A stretch of DNA of 64,000 bases, taken from the NCBI RefSeq assembly GCF_964204645.1, contig NC_134029.1:21012950-21076949 (forward strand), read 5' to 3'. The DNA is from Tubulanus polymorphus. Taxonomy: Eukaryota > Animalia > Nemertea. Position numbers and translations under genes: made by a program. Of this stretch, positions 48,020 through 62,792 are shown piece after piece. Positions within the stretch are counted from its first letter, which is position 1; each line of letters opens with the position of its first letter. A model generated the notes under the pieces. The model made no database searches. It saw only the letters and a program-made list of their open reading frames with translations, and was not told the DNA's origin.

Positions 48020-49718
48020 TGACTTCTTTCATGAAAAACTATTCATCTGAATTAACTAAACGATGACCTGTAGTAACTTTCGATGACCAGGGCCCTTTTT
48101 CGTGAAACTGGGCCCAGAAATGTTTGATCTAAAAGGCGTGTAGATTACTCATCAGACATATCAAACCTTTACTCACTAGGTAAAGCATTAATTCAACGAG
48201 TCACTGTAAGAGAAAATGAGTCATGAACACTTGACAATCTTTGTAAATACATGTACATATAACTAACTGAGCACGATTCAAGTTCGCTTTGGAAATTCTG
48301 TCCAAATCCATGTACATAGTTGTTCTGCAAAAAAGAAAATACTGAACTAGTTAAAATAAATTTTTTTTTGTTAACGAAAATATATCTTGTATTCAACTAA
48401 ATCGATGGTATAGTTTACTTACAACTAGTATGAAGCTACTAGGTCCACTCCCAATATAAGCATCAATTCCATTCAGTTTCAACCAGCCCACAGTATCAGT
48501 CATTCAGGACTTCCAGTTCATTGAGTAGCGTCATCACAACCAGTCATCATCTTCTCAATCACTTCTTCATGACCAGACGATCTTCAGGTCGATGATCTTC
48601 CACATACCACAGTGTTTAACACACGTAGTACGTTTCAAAGTGAAAGAATAGTGAAGTTGAAAGAAGAAAGTAGAAATATGACAACCAAAAGCTCTGATTG
48701 TCAGTTTGTTTTGAAGCAAGCTTGGCAGGGGTCATATGCGGCCATTTCTGGGACATATTTGGGTGTTTTTTTCACACCATCTTTTTTTAAACATGTTCTG
48801 TACATCTTTTCGGTGTTCTTTCTTTTTTTTCTGAGCTCAATGTTTTTATTTATTTTCATTGATATATTTTTTTCTCGTTTCTTTTCTTTTCATGTTTTTC
48901 TTTTCATTTTTTTCTCTCTCTCTCGATTCAACATGTTTTTTTACAATCGTACAATAAATCGTAACATCGTATTTGTCTTTCGTATAATCGACATAATCAT
49001 TACAGCTATTATATTATAACATACCGTCACGAAACACACGCGCACAAACACACTACGTCCTTTTTTAAAAACAAAATGCAGCAATAAATGGCGTTAACAA
49101 GCAATTGATAAACTGGGACAACCAACGACTTATAACTAAAATGCTACCGAAAAATAAGGATAGCCTCTAAAACTCATCAACTAAACTATCGATTCTGTAA
49201 TTCATATCGAATAAGAACCCAACTTTAGCTACGCGGCGATCCGCGTCAGACGAGCCAATTTACGATCGACGTCTTGATCTAGAAACGTGCCGATTAAGTC
49301 GCCTAGTTTCAATTATCGTTTTTCGCTCGTTAAAATAGTAAAACATATACATGTACTCGCGTAAATCATCATACGTCGCTCGAAACATATTTACATTTAA
49401 ATCGATAAACGACTCAAAGTGAACTTATCGTTCGCTTTCAACTTCATCAACACAAATAATCATCTAATTATCATTAACTCAAGAAACATGAATATCTTCG
49501 CTAAACACCTTTAACATCTTAACCGAATGAGTTTCAAAAACGACTAGGAAAACTTGCGCGATAAGTTTTCCGGTTCGACATAGATGAAAGTTACTGGTTC
49601 TTATACGTCTAGGTACTGGCCATTTGATTCGATGCCTCCCCGAAACGCTGCTAGACGATAAATCCATAAATTGAGAAAAATATATCCTAAATGCGCGCGG
49701 AGTCGATCGACGCTGTCA

Positions 49719-52700
49719 TCATCGTCTCCACGAACGATCTTCGTCCTCGTCGTCTTCTTCCTCTTCATCGCCGAGGTCGCCGAGCAGTAGATCCTCGTCG
49801 ACGTCGTCCATCTATAACAAAGAAGGGAAGAGATGAGGCACGAAGGAGAAAAACATCGAATCTATCCGTTTGACTGTGACTAACTAGGAATATTAACTTA
49901 TAACTTGAAGTATGATGAAATCAATGTCAGGCGACTGAATAAAATAATGCCATCACTTCAACAAAATCAGAGGAAAATGTTTTATGTAACAGGGTCCCAA
50001 CAGATCAGTCATAATCCAGGATTCAAGGACATTGAAAATTTCAAATTTTGAGGAGTGTCTGCATCGCTTGCATCTCAATTACTGTCAACCCCCACCTAAA
50101 TTGGTACTGTTTATCCGAGTAACCATTTATTTCGGTGGAATCTGTGTGTATAATAACGAGGCCTAAAACCTCCTAATTGCCAATTTCTCAAAATTCAAGG
50201 AGGTTTCAAGGACTTGGAAGAAATATTTTTGGTTTCAAGTTTTCAAGGAGTCAAAGGGACGCTGTGTTAGAGCGATAATCAAAGCGGCAATCATAACAGA
50301 AATTCTTACCGGTTCGAGTTCAGCCTCGTCTCCCGCGGTTGCAGCAGCTAATTCCGCCTCCAGCGCGTCGGTCGAATTCAAACGGTCGACGATCATCGCC
50401 GTAGACGGCGCCACGGGTGTCGATTCGCTAGACGGTTTATACCAGGACATGACTAGTTGTTTATCTTTGAATTTACCGGCAGCGACGCTCGCCTGAAATA
50501 ATTACATTCAAACATGATATGTATATGCGTATGGTTACTAGAACAGCTATTTTTTTAATGAACTCTTTTTTTTCACATTTGTTCACAAATATAGCTTTTT
50601 CTCACAACAAAATACCAGGGGCCAGTTGCTCAAAGGTAGGTTAAAGAAAACCGGCGGATAAATACAGTAGTACTGTAACGATGAACTTTTGTCGCCGTAT
50701 CATTTGTCCACAGTTTAACTCTGTAACCAACTTTTGGGCAACTGGCCCCAGGAGTTTTCAGACTTCTTCACCTCAAGGTACAATATCATAAGTGGTTTCT
50801 GATCACAGTCTGGATCGATTAATATAGAGTTTCTCAAACTTCATTACAACAATTCTGACCTCCACGCTATATGGTATAAGGGGATCGAAATATTTTGACT
50901 GACCATTTTACTTGAATTTTTCACTCATTTCGATGAATTTCACGGATTTATATACCAGGTAATGATACCTCACACATTTTTTTCACAACTTTATAAGCAG
51001 ACAAGAACCACTTTTCACATCAATCCGACTCGACCGACCCCTGCAAGAGTACCGGGGATATGCGGCCGACCGGAAATGAAGAATACCTGCTCGGCTTCTT
51101 TACGAGACGTGAATGTAAATATGGCACTAGTAGTTGTCTCGTCGAATTCCGTATTTTGTAACTGTCCAAACATCTGAGTAAAAAAATACACAATTCAGAA
51201 TATTTGTTATTCACCAGATTCTACCGTAAGATTTTACAAATTGAACCGTTTGCGGAACTTACGGCAAAATGAGTCGTAACTTCATCTTTTTCTTCGGGGG
51301 TGAACCCGACGACTTTGAGCTGTTTCGGACGATGGTCGAGAGATCGACCGAGGCCGATACCGCCGCGACCTCGACCCCGACCTCCGCGGAATGATCCCCT
51401 CGCGAGGCGTCCGCCGCGACCGCGTCCACGCGATGATAACAGTCCCAGCGACGCTGCCTGTAATGACATTAAACAAATCATTCAGGTTAACATTAGTTTT
51501 CCAGGTCAGTAGCCACCCTGACAGACGATGAAGTACGTGTACCTCTTTTTTCAATTCTTCAACTTTAGCTCTCAAGGCTACAGTATCAGGGCCTGGTGGT
51601 TTAGTTATCAACTCTAATTCCGTATCGAGAATCTCCTTCTGAGCCTGAAAATAGAATGAACACAACATTAACAAACCAACCTTCAATCGTATAGACGAAT
51701 AGCAGGAATAGACACCACTTACCTCCTGCCTAGTTCTGGGAATTTTGTGATCCCTCTCCGCGGGCGATTTTGAAACCAGAAGATCCTTTTTCAGATTTTC
51801 AATTCCCTCGGCCAAAACTTTGATTGTCTACAATGAAACAACAAACAACATTACGGATACCTGTTTTTAAGTATCAACAGTGTATTAAATATCAGAACTC
51901 TTAGAAGTACCTTCATAACAGAAGCTTTTTCCTCGGGAGTTATGTTCTTGTTTTTCTCCAATTTTTCAATGAGTAACTGTTGTAAAAATATCAAACAAAT
52001 GTATAGCACACTTATGCCTTCAATTACCCCCACCAAGTTTGAATTCAGAAATCTATCTTTACCTTTTGTTCCTGTAAATGCTTCTGTAGTAATTCTTGTT
52101 TCTTCTTTTGAATTTCTAATTTGGCTCGAATTGCTTCCTGAAATCGAAATCATTCCATCCATTAACATCTCAAAAATGAAATTTCAAAACAACTCTAGCA
52201 ATAAACGTCTTTTGGAATGGTGTGAGCTCACCTCCTTTTTGCGTTTGATGGCAACGGCCGGATTCACTTTAACCGACACCGATTCATTAGCAGAAATCGC
52301 CGCCGCTTTACTCTTTAAAGCAGCCGCATTGACGACTGTTTTCGTTAGTGCTCCTGATGACGACGCGTGAACTATCACCTAAAACAACGATTTACAATGT
52401 TATCTCACTAAGAATTAGCTACTAGCGTTGAACTACATCCCTAGACTAGAGGCTTCAAGTTGGTAATCTTCACTGATACAGTATAACCGATTGCCGAAAT
52501 ACCTTTTCATTAGACATTTTGTTTCCTTCATTTTTCAGTGTGTTATTCAGTTGCATTTTTTCCGGTGGTGGAATCGTTGGTTTCTCTTTATGCTTTGAAT
52601 TATCGTCATTCGTGTTGTTACCATTCTGCAAATACGCAAATCAATTACTATCAATGAGAATTTATAACGAAAACTTTAGTACCTGAAAGAATAGTTATCC

Positions 52701-55700
52701 CATATTCCACAGAGGTTTCACCAGAGAATCGGGGCGGCCACTTTTAGTTGACTTTCTTTTCCCCCTGACTATTCCCACATTGTTTTCCCGGACTCGAACT
52801 GCTAAGCATAGACGGAAACTGTTTGATTTTACACGTGATCTAGCAATCTCAACAAATTTCCCTGACTTTAAGCTTTTTTTTACAACATTCCCTGATTTAT
52901 TTTAAGAAAAGAAATTTCCCCACATTTCCAGGCAAGTGCCCTGTAAATGAATTAACTTCATACCTCCTCCTGTTTGTCCTTTTCTTTATGCCAGAACACC
53001 TTAATAAATCTATTGTTGAACAGAGGTTCCGCGCTTCGGTAGGCGAAATTCGCTTGATTGTGATTCGCGAATGTAACCAATGCTCCTTCGGGATCGTTTT
53101 CATAGCAGACCTGGAAATAAGTTTATAAACACGGAAAATAGTTACGTTCCCGGCATTTGATCGTAGAAGATTTGGGTATGAATTTCCAGTTACCGGTCCT
53201 GTCATTTTTGTTTTAACCCATAACTTTCCGCATGGGTAGAATCTTTTTCTAAATATCACGACTAAACTAGAACTAGTAGTCCGTTTACCTGAAGATTGGT
53301 GATGGTGCCGAATTTCGAGAAGTGCTCGTTCAGTTTGCTGATATTGTTTAATTCTCGTGGTATTTTACGAACTTCTAACGTAGCGTTCGCAGCCGTAACC
53401 ATATGTCTTTTGTAACCTACAAATACAACACAACTGATTTCATTGATATGACCCGAAATACTACCGAAGAACAAATTGTTGGTTTTTGATTGCGGTTAAC
53501 CTCCACCCGATTGAAATTTGTCGATCAGTTTTTTATTTCCTCAAATTACAGAACATTGAAGTCCCTTCTTTAATCACTGACTTGATTGATATGATTAATT
53601 GATGATAATTCTTAACCTAGTTGTTGTAAGTACTAAAGGAACAAATAACGATCATTTTTAACCACTTAAAGGTTTTGGGCGTATATTTACATGCAATATG
53701 CCCATTCACTTAGGGTTTCGAACGTATTCATACTTTCTCATCATTGCTAATTCGTTTGCCTGACATCTGATGGACTCATTCAAAACAAGCTCTGTGTAAG
53801 CTTTGAATTTTTACAGCGAAAAACATGAATTTTGTTCAATTAATTGAAACTCTGGGAAAACGGAGAGTGGAAAAAATTGAATCCTTTGACAAAGTATTCA
53901 ATTTTTTCTGAGGGGTTGATCTAGTCAGTAAGTACTTAGAGAAGGCACTGTAAAAACAACAAATAACGATACAATAGAATTTCTTGCCTAATCTATTGAA
54001 ATCAAATCCTGGTTGTCTTCTGTTCATATGTTGTTGATGTTGTTTTTGATTATTGTTCGAAGGATCGTACGGAGGTTTAGCGGCGATAACTTGTCGCCGA
54101 TCGCGCAGGTCTTCATCTTGGGGAACACCATGACCATGACCATGACCATGACCTGGGAAAAACGCCACAATTCAATTACCCAACGCACCGAATGCAACTA
54201 AGCATGATTATCCATGATAACCCTGACTGAAGCGTTCAATAGGTAAAAAGCCAATACATGTTAAACGATTAATTAGACAGGGTCCCTACAGATCTCATTT
54301 TGTAAAGAGCTTTGAGATGTATGTTTTAATGTAAAACGCTTTTAAATAATAAATTAATAGTTTTTAAGGAGCAAATTTCAAAATTTTGAGAAGCATTTCT
54401 TTTAGTTTCATATCCCAATTACTGTAGACTCCTCCTAAACTGGTACTGTTTATCTTGGTAAAACATTAATTTGGTGGTTTTGAAAGCAAATTTTCATCCT
54501 CAACACTACCTACACTCGGTTTCTAATTTGGTAAAAGCAAATCCTGTACTGATTTAGGGATTTACAACTACAAACTAGACTAAAATTTCTAATTGCCTAT
54601 TTCTCAAATTGAAGGAGTTTCTGGCATTTTGTTCAAATCGAATGAGTTCGAAGCACCTTTAAAAGCGTTTGCCATTATCAAGGAATCAAGGAGTCATAGG
54701 GACCCTGTTAGACCATTCCTCGAATATATAACAATACAAGTGATCAACATTAAAGTCCTCCTTATTAATTCCGACAAATGAAATAAAACCATCAACCAAA
54801 CACAGATGAATATACGTCATACCTTGATTGTGAGGAACAGTAGGCACGTTGACTAGATCTCTACGAGGTCCCACAGGTGGCGGCGGTATTCCCTGCGGTA
54901 TTCCACCGAACGCCATCGCCGGCCGCGTACCAGGTGGTAGAGGTTGCGGCGGTCCGGGTACGCGTGGCATTATCGCCGGAAATCGTACCAATCCGATGCC
55001 GGGAGCACCCTGCGGCGGGGGAGGACGAGATCCTTGCAACAACGGCGCTTCTGGATTGTACGGCTCCGGTTGATATGGTTCTAAAGGATACAACAAACAG
55101 AAATGATCATTTCATTAGCGAAAAATCCGAATTTATCATTCAATAAAATAATACTTTTAGAAAACAAAATTATTTCCTTAACACTGAAGCACGTATATCC
55201 ATCACCAAATGAAAGCAACAATTTCGATTTTGACGTGAATTTCTTCCTAGCGCACAAAACAACATTATCGGCCAATCGACATATGTGACTAAGGTGAAGT
55301 ATCTCAGGTGACAATTGGATGGAGACGATTTCGTGAATACAACGATCGTGAATTGTTGTGCCGGATTTGACTGAATTTCTAACGGCCGCACAACATCAGG
55401 AGCTTACCGGGACGAGCGATAAACATGGTTATAGTATTAGGAGTGTGATGCGGACGCTTACAGCGACATGATCGAGGGAGAGGTGGAGCATTTAAACCAA
55501 CATCGGACGTTTTCACTCCTTCATCCGCAAGTAAAATCAATACATTAAAATCAATTTTGATGAATAAAATTCTCAAATTTCAACAAATCATTATTAAGAC
55601 GATGTGCTTTGATTTTCGAAGCTACTAAACACTGCCACTAACGCTTCACATTACGTGGATTTTGTACCACCTTCAAACAATAACCATAAGGCATATACAA

Positions 55701-58700
55701 AACATTGTCTCGGGAAGTTTTACAAACAAGGTTTTTACAGAGATAAAACAAGGATCTATGAAAAACATTAACAATCACCTATTAGTACACCCTGATATTA
55801 TTACACTTGTCATATGTCATGAAAACCGATACCATAATGACAGGACTCTATTTCCCAAAAAGTATTTTAATTTGATTCTTACCCATCCCATTTACACCTG
55901 GTGGCATAGGTTCTTTACCTGTCATATTTCGAAAACCGATTATATTCAGATTTATTTACTAGATTTTTAATTTTCTGTAACTGTTTCAAGAGTTTGTAGT
56001 ACGTTACAGATATAAAGATTGGATAAGATCTATTGAAAATACATGTATATTACCTGTATGTGGGGGCATGGGACGATGAGGGGGTGCCCCGGGAGCAACC
56101 AGTCTCGGGGCCATGCCCGGCGGCGGGGCGCCTGGAGGCATCGGTCTCGCCGGGCCACCACCTGAAATATCATATTAAAAACAATCTAAAGGACATCACA
56201 GCAATAACGATAATAACATACTTGATTGTTTCTCTTTCGGAATATATCATTGCAATTATAACCACGGTAGGTTTTGATAATCAAATTGCGGGATACAGTA
56301 CCTGGAGGAATAGTGATAACGCTAGGTAAAGCTACATCTTCCACAACCACTGGGTCCAAACCATGATCAAACGGACACAAATCACCACGCATGCAAAAAC
56401 CCTTCTCTAGAAATCATTAAAAAAAAAAAAGAAGACACCCGATGATTTGTAATATATAGTATTTCGTGGGGGTCGGGACGTTTCACAAACCCGGAAAACA
56501 CCGAATACTAACCATCGAAATCGCGACACCGAGGCCGAGCGGATCGAATGTTGTTATTATTCGGCGGCGGACGACGATCGGTTTGAACGCTACGATATCC
56601 CGGCTCCGTGCGCATCGGTTCACGATCCTGAATCGGCGTCGAACCGCGACTATCCGGCGTTCGCTGACCAACTCCTCCTAAAATACGCACAATTTTCAAA
56701 TCTTTTTGAATACCCGGTACCAAATAACAGCTTCTATTTCATAAGAACTTTCAATTGGATGACCGTTTGAATTATTTCCCCGGATATCTAGGTTGTTTTG
56801 TTTCTCCTGACTTGGCTAGAAATACGATCCTCCATTAACACAGTCAAAATACGTTAAACATACACGATCTTACAATCAATCCCTGATTTTTTTTAAGTGA
56901 AAAGAAAATTGCCAGACTTCTTGATTTCCACCTAATACAGTGTCCACCCTGTTTTATTGCCGAATCAAAATTTCAGTAGTAAGAACTATTTCACGACACT
57001 TATTTCTGTATGGTACGCCATACGGCTTCTTAAGTAGTTGGTTTTAGTCTGCTATCTGTGACTTTACTGAAGGAAGGATTACCAGTAAGATTAGATTATG
57101 CAAAACTACTATTCTCCGTTCCTACCTCTGCTTCTTGATCTTGACCTCGACCGTGACACCGACCTCGATCTACTGAACGAACGCGAGCGCGACCTCGATA
57201 GCGAACGCGGCGTACGAGAACGGGTTCTTCGTTCTCTCGATCGGCTGCGACTGCGAGGCGGTCCGCGCGGGGAATGCGACCGCGCGCGTTCGAACGGTCG
57301 TTGCGGAGGCGGTGGACCGCGGCGGAAGTTCTCGTCGTATCGGCCGCCGCCGCCGTAGCGATAACGTTCCCGATCGTATTCGAATCTACGAGGAGGCGGA
57401 CCGCGATCGTCGAACCGCCTGCGAGGTGGAGGACCGCGATCATCTCTACAATTCAGACAGAATAAATACATTTAATTTAAGGCACAGTAACAATAAACCG
57501 AGTCAAACTAGTGTCGAAACATGACGAAATCAGTAAAACAAGACAAGGTCCCTACAGATCAGTCATTCCTGGTTATAAGGAGGAAATTTCAAATTTCATG
57601 GAAGCGTCTTCATCACTTCTAGCCCATATTCCATCCAATTACTGTAGACTCCTAGATCGGTATTGTTTATTTCTCTAAACGGTTAATTTGGTTTTGTAAG
57701 CAAAGTTCTAATTTCATCCTTAACACTATAAAACTCAGCTTCTAATTCGGTAACCGCCTGATTAGTGCCTGGTGCCAACTGTATCGATTCAGGCTTAGTT
57801 TAGTGTACAACTACAAACATTTCTAATTGTTATTTCTCAAAATTGATGTTTTAGAGGAGTTTCGGGCATTTTGTTCAAATCAAAGGTAAGTTTTGAGCAC
57901 CTTCAAAAAAAATTCCTGTTTAAGGATTTTTAAAGGAATCAAAGAGTCGCAGGGACCCTGATCAAACGATTATTTTCCAAACTTGAATGAAATCAGTAAA
58001 ATGAACAAGGAAACATGAACTGTTGAAAACCAAAAATAAAATTGATTCAAAATCTAACATAATCGTGATAAAAGTTCAGTTGCTACATACATCTCACCAA
58101 TATTCACCCTAAAAATATGAACAAAGCTTTGCTTGCTTGTGAATATCAATGAATAATTGATTATCCATACAAATTTTTCCACGACCAACGAGGATGTTGA
58201 ATTTGAATTGAGCACAGACTTACCTATCAAAACGTCCCCGTACATCTCTTACTCGTAGGGGACTTCGAATCGGCCCGCGTACCGGACTTCGACTTCTAGA
58301 TCTCGGACGTCGTCTATCGGCTTCCTCCTTAGTTATAACAGCCTGAAATAATATTTCAATGTTAGGAAACCAGAGACAAACCACCAGAGACACCGGATTT
58401 TCACTCGAAAAAATTAAAGACACTGGAATTAAAAACAATGGACAGGAATGGAGAATGGGCAGCTACCAATACAATGGTGGCAATCGATGATTCCAATGTC
58501 AAAATCATTTTCGGTTTAACTGAATGCTCGTCATGTTATCTCTCGGGAAAGCTGGGGTTGGTAGCTTACCATTCTGTTTTTGATAGAGATAAGGTAAAGC
58601 TCGGTTAATTCCAATTACGATAATTGAGTTAAGTTCACTTTTTAATCTAAGTGCATTCAGCTGATACTGATAAATCATTTAAGTGGATACCTCTTTGACT

Positions 58701-59443
58701 ATATTTTCATCTTTCTCATCGGTTGGTTTTACGGCGATTTCCTGTTTATTAGCAGCGTCAGAAGGCTGCAGGGGTTCGGCAGCTGGCACTGCCGGGGCTG
58801 GCGGTGCCTCTAAATACGCCTTATTTTTGATAGCTTCAAACAATTTCGCCACAAACTCTTTCGTTTCTGTAAATTAAGAGAAAAAAAAACACATTTTTTT
58901 CAATTTCATTCAAAAAGCTACACAAAAGGTGTTCGAGAGTGTGAAATAAGACGTCATCTTAATGTGGACGGCACTTACTGTCTTGGAGGAAGACATCTAG
59001 CTGATCCATACACAGATCATTTAGTTCACTTTCTGGTTTATCCTTTTTCACGAGAGCGACTACATATTTAGCTAAAGCTACAGGATCAGCATCACAGCTA
59101 TACAGAAATATAATACAATCTTTATTTAATTGAATTAATTATGATTATTAGTACGTTAAAAGACAGATTCGGGACTGAATTTTTCGAGATATTCGAAGGA
59201 TTGATTATCACATTACACATTTTAGTTAGCAGGTGAGCTATTGGCATGATTTATATCTAGATAAAGATTAAAATATGACAACATTTCAACAAACTCATGG
59301 TTGGTATGGATAGATTTTAATTTCATTTTAACAACAGCCAGGCTGCTTGCTCGCTTCTCGAAGCAAAAATATTGAAATACTTACATAGGGGTAAGTGTGT
59401 TTGTTAACCATGACTTCAGAGCATCAAAATTATCTATAAGCAT
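49719..59443 (-). CDS. RBM26: RBM26/RBM27-type RNA-binding protein (PWI, RS region, CCCH finger, two RRMs), multi-exon
   Basis: MLIDNFDALKSWL (59443-59385), CDADPVALAKYVVALVKKDK (59097-58979), RCRDFD...GFCMRGDLCPFDHGLDPVVVED, LEVRKIPRELNNISKLNEHFSKFGTI, QKEILDTELEL, and C-terminal RSWRR* ending at 49719. Confidence 0.93.
54278..54707. mobile_element. MITE family CAGGGTCCCTAC...TAGGGACCCTG with 5-bp TSD TTAGA; copies at ~18650-19069, ~31679-32248, ~49990-50265 and ~57544-57960
   Basis: TIRs, TTAGA on both sides, and internal sequence shared among five intronic copies. Confidence 0.75.
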
Positions 59444-59559
59444 CTTCGTTTTTGCTGCAAATGGAAATTATAATTTGTCAATTGATAGTTAATAGCGAGT
59501 TTTAGGGACCGGTATTTTCGTTCCAATCTTTGATTCTTTTTTTGTTACGAGAAATCCCC

Positions 59560-60040
59560 CGATCTTTTTGAAACGATCTTCTTTTCCGAAATAGACTTTC
59601 ACCACTCATTTCTTGAACAAGTGATGAAGGGCAAAAAAGCCACATTCAAAGCTCAATTAGGAAGTCGCGTAATTACGATCCTTCGATGGCAACTAATCGT
59701 GCGAGTTACATACCGACACAAATTTTCCAAATCTCAGCAAAACGTTGAAAATGGCGTAATCGCAAACTTTCACGTCCGGACGCGAGATTCTCGACGAGAT
59801 TTCAGTGGCAAACAACAATTCAATCAAATTTTATTCGCAACAAAATGCGTCGAATTCAAAACTGGTTAAGATACAGTAAACGCTAAGAAAGCTAAATTAC
59901 TGTGAGTAAATCGACGCGATGAAATATAAACGTGAGATAGTAGAATATATGCCCGAAAATGTGCTTGCAATTCGTCCACGTATCTGCCGCCCGATAGATG
60001 GCGACATAAACCCGGAAGTAACGAAATTCAATAGTAAGTT
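59560..60040. promoter_or_regulatory. Putative bidirectional promoter between head-to-head RBM26 and PARP16
   Basis: CpG-richer segment with YY1-like AAAATGGCG (~59748) and AGATGGCG (~59996), ETS-like CCGGAAGT (~60012), and donor GTAAGT at ~60033. Confidence 0.5.
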
Positions 60041-60519
60041 TTTTTATTTGTATTTTATTTAATTAAAACGAAGATAAAATCTCAAGAATATGGTAAATAC
60101 TTTTAATTGGCAAAGATCTGATCATATCTTAACGATTACCATTATCGTTTTTCCTCTGGAGCCAGTCTGGTCAGTTCCTCAATTTATTAATTAAACTCAA
60201 TCATCGGTTGTCCTAATTAACGACCGAAACCACCATAAACCGTTTTCAAAATAGTAAAAATGTCAAATTTCTACTCTGACAAACTTACTGTTGACCGCAA
60301 TTATTGGAGGTCCCTTGTACATTACATGGTGACGCAGCAGCGTTGGTGATGTCATAGAAGAAAGAAATGTCAAATTTGATTATCCGGGTACATGGATAAC
60401 TGGTGACGTTTTAATTTCTCGATCGGCTGATTATATTGGGATTGATCTCAACTTTAGTTTCTCTATTTCAGATTTGAGTGTAACATGTATTTGACGGATA
60501 TTTCACACAAATAACGACG

Positions 60520-62792
60520 ATGGCAGAACGAACGAATGGTGATGACCTGGATAAAGCTTTATCCGATGACACCGAATCTGTCGATTTTCTGTGGAGTTTA
60601 TTTTTCTCAGCGTTGAGAAGCTATAAGCACGACACATTAGTTCGTCCATTCCCTCCACAATTTTCCACGTCCAACAATGAAAAAGACTTTAAAAACCTTG
60701 TGAGTCTTAAATCGGTCTCGTTTTCTCGACCTAAATATCATTCCACTTTTCACCTTTTTCAGTTCAATTCAATTAAACTTTATACATTACAGAAAAACAA
60801 GGAAATATACATAAATGTCTGCACTAGCGTGGATGTAGAAGATAGTTCTACATCAATGCTAGCTTACAAAATTGACCTCAAAAATCTTTTCTGGAGTTTA
60901 ATTTCATTAAGCAATGTCCTGCACTTGATAATGTTTGGCCGCTGCCAATAAAACTTTGGTATGTGTTTCTGGCGGAAATCAGAATATTGATCACATTTCA
61001 GGAGAGCATGAAACTCATTGCCCATGGCAACTTCCACACATCATAAACTTTCACACATCACATCATTTCTAGAAAGTCCTGAAAATCTGGAAAGTCCTAT
61101 TTATGATAGCGATGATTTTTATGTTTCGTTGACAGGCAAAAACAGCATCTAACCTTCCCGCTCTGCCGCTGGTCAAAAGGAATGTGAAAAATATCGATGA
61201 AAATTGTTCACAGTTGTTGAATTGGTTGATAAACTGCGGTCGACGGAACTTCACTTTATCTTCGTGTCCGGTTTCAAAGGTAGGCTGGTTTTACATTATA
61301 AACCACATTGACCCTGTTATCTATTTGATAAGTTGATTTGGTGTCCCTTACAAATATAACGATAACATTTTTCCTATAGTACAAATTATGTTATCAAATT
61401 AAACATAGATTTTTGCTAAATCATCAGGATCTATACCCTAAAGAGCTTGAGGTAATTTGAAAATTTGGAAAATTCCACCTCAGTGCGTTGCATAACAGAC
61501 ATACCGGTAGAGAACAACTGTGTGATAGGTGCCGCCATCCTACCATTGAGATTTTGACCAATTAAATCGATATACTTCCAATACCGATTAATACACCGCA
61601 CTGTGGTGTAGATGCACTGAAAGGGTTAAGTTAATGAAAATCTGTCAAATTGGTCTACACTTTGAATCAAATTTTTCAGACTTTTGCTATGAAATCTATA
61701 ATTCAAGTTAATTACCGTAATTTTTCAGTTCAAAGAGATCCGAGCTTTAACGAAAGAAACATTGTCGAGCCCAACTCCGAAGTATATCTTCGAATTGAAA
61801 TACAACGAAGCTGCTGAAACCAAATTCAAATCGACCCAGGGATCGTCGGATCTACTTTATCTGTATCATGGAAGTCGAGTGGAAAATTTCTACTCAATCT
61901 TACACCACGGTTTACAATGCCATATGACCAAGGTACGTGAAGTTCAACTTCAACAACATAGGTTCTACTGTATAACTTACTACCTTACTAGGTTGCATTC
62001 AGACTGTAAATATTTCACCAAGTTCTTAAACATGGAAATCATTAAGTGTTTCCAATAGACCCTTGTAGACCAGTTCTAAGTTAGAGTTGCATAATCAAAT
62101 AGCTTGACTGTCTTATTTTTTCAATTCACAGAATGCATTGTTTGGAGAAGGAATCTATTTGAGTAGTGAACTAACTGTAACGATGCCTTACTGTCCAACT
62201 GGACATGGATGGGAACACAGCGTACTCGGCGATAAACTGAGTTGTGTTGCTGTTTGCGAGACTATCGATCATCCATCTGTGAAATGCCAGTCGGCAGGTA
62301 ATATTCTTCTTCGGTGTTATTTTCACGCGCTTCTTTCAACGAAGCAGATTTCATAATCGGTGAATATGCGAAAAACGTACCTTTCAGACAAGGACGGAGT
62401 TCAACAGAAAAGTCGAACGCGTATTAAAGACAGTTTAGGCGGAGATATTCCAGAGAAATATTACGTCGTGCAAAACAATGAACTTTTGAGGGTTAAATAT
62501 GTACTTGTTTATGCTGAACGAACGAAAAGGTGAATAAATGAATAAACAGATGTTTTATTATCGAGACCGTTTTCAAAACTCAATAAACCTCGTTAAACTC
62601 GGGTGAATCAAGGTCCGTGTTTTCATCGTCTTTGTTTTCTATTTCAGGTCATACCGTTCGTCTTGGTGGTATCAACACCGGCAAATGATTCTAGTCCTTT
62701 CCTACGCCATCATGTTGTTAGCCGTCGCTCTGTTTTACAACCAGAATTCTAAAGCTTATCTCAGACGTTGGTGGCGATCATTCCAACAGTAG
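60520..62792 (+). CDS. PARP16: PARP16-like mono-ADP-ribosyltransferase, tail-anchored. Exons 60520-60699, 61136-61279, 61729-61932, 62132-62297, 62388-62529, 62648-62792
   Basis: [73 protein letters not shown], and C-terminal TM segment [17 protein letters not shown]. Confidence 0.93.

Noticed and set aside
48612-49019. Phe-rich 135-aa ORF resembling a membrane protein
   Set aside because: It is the translation of T-rich sequence antisense to the A-rich RBM26 3' UTR region.
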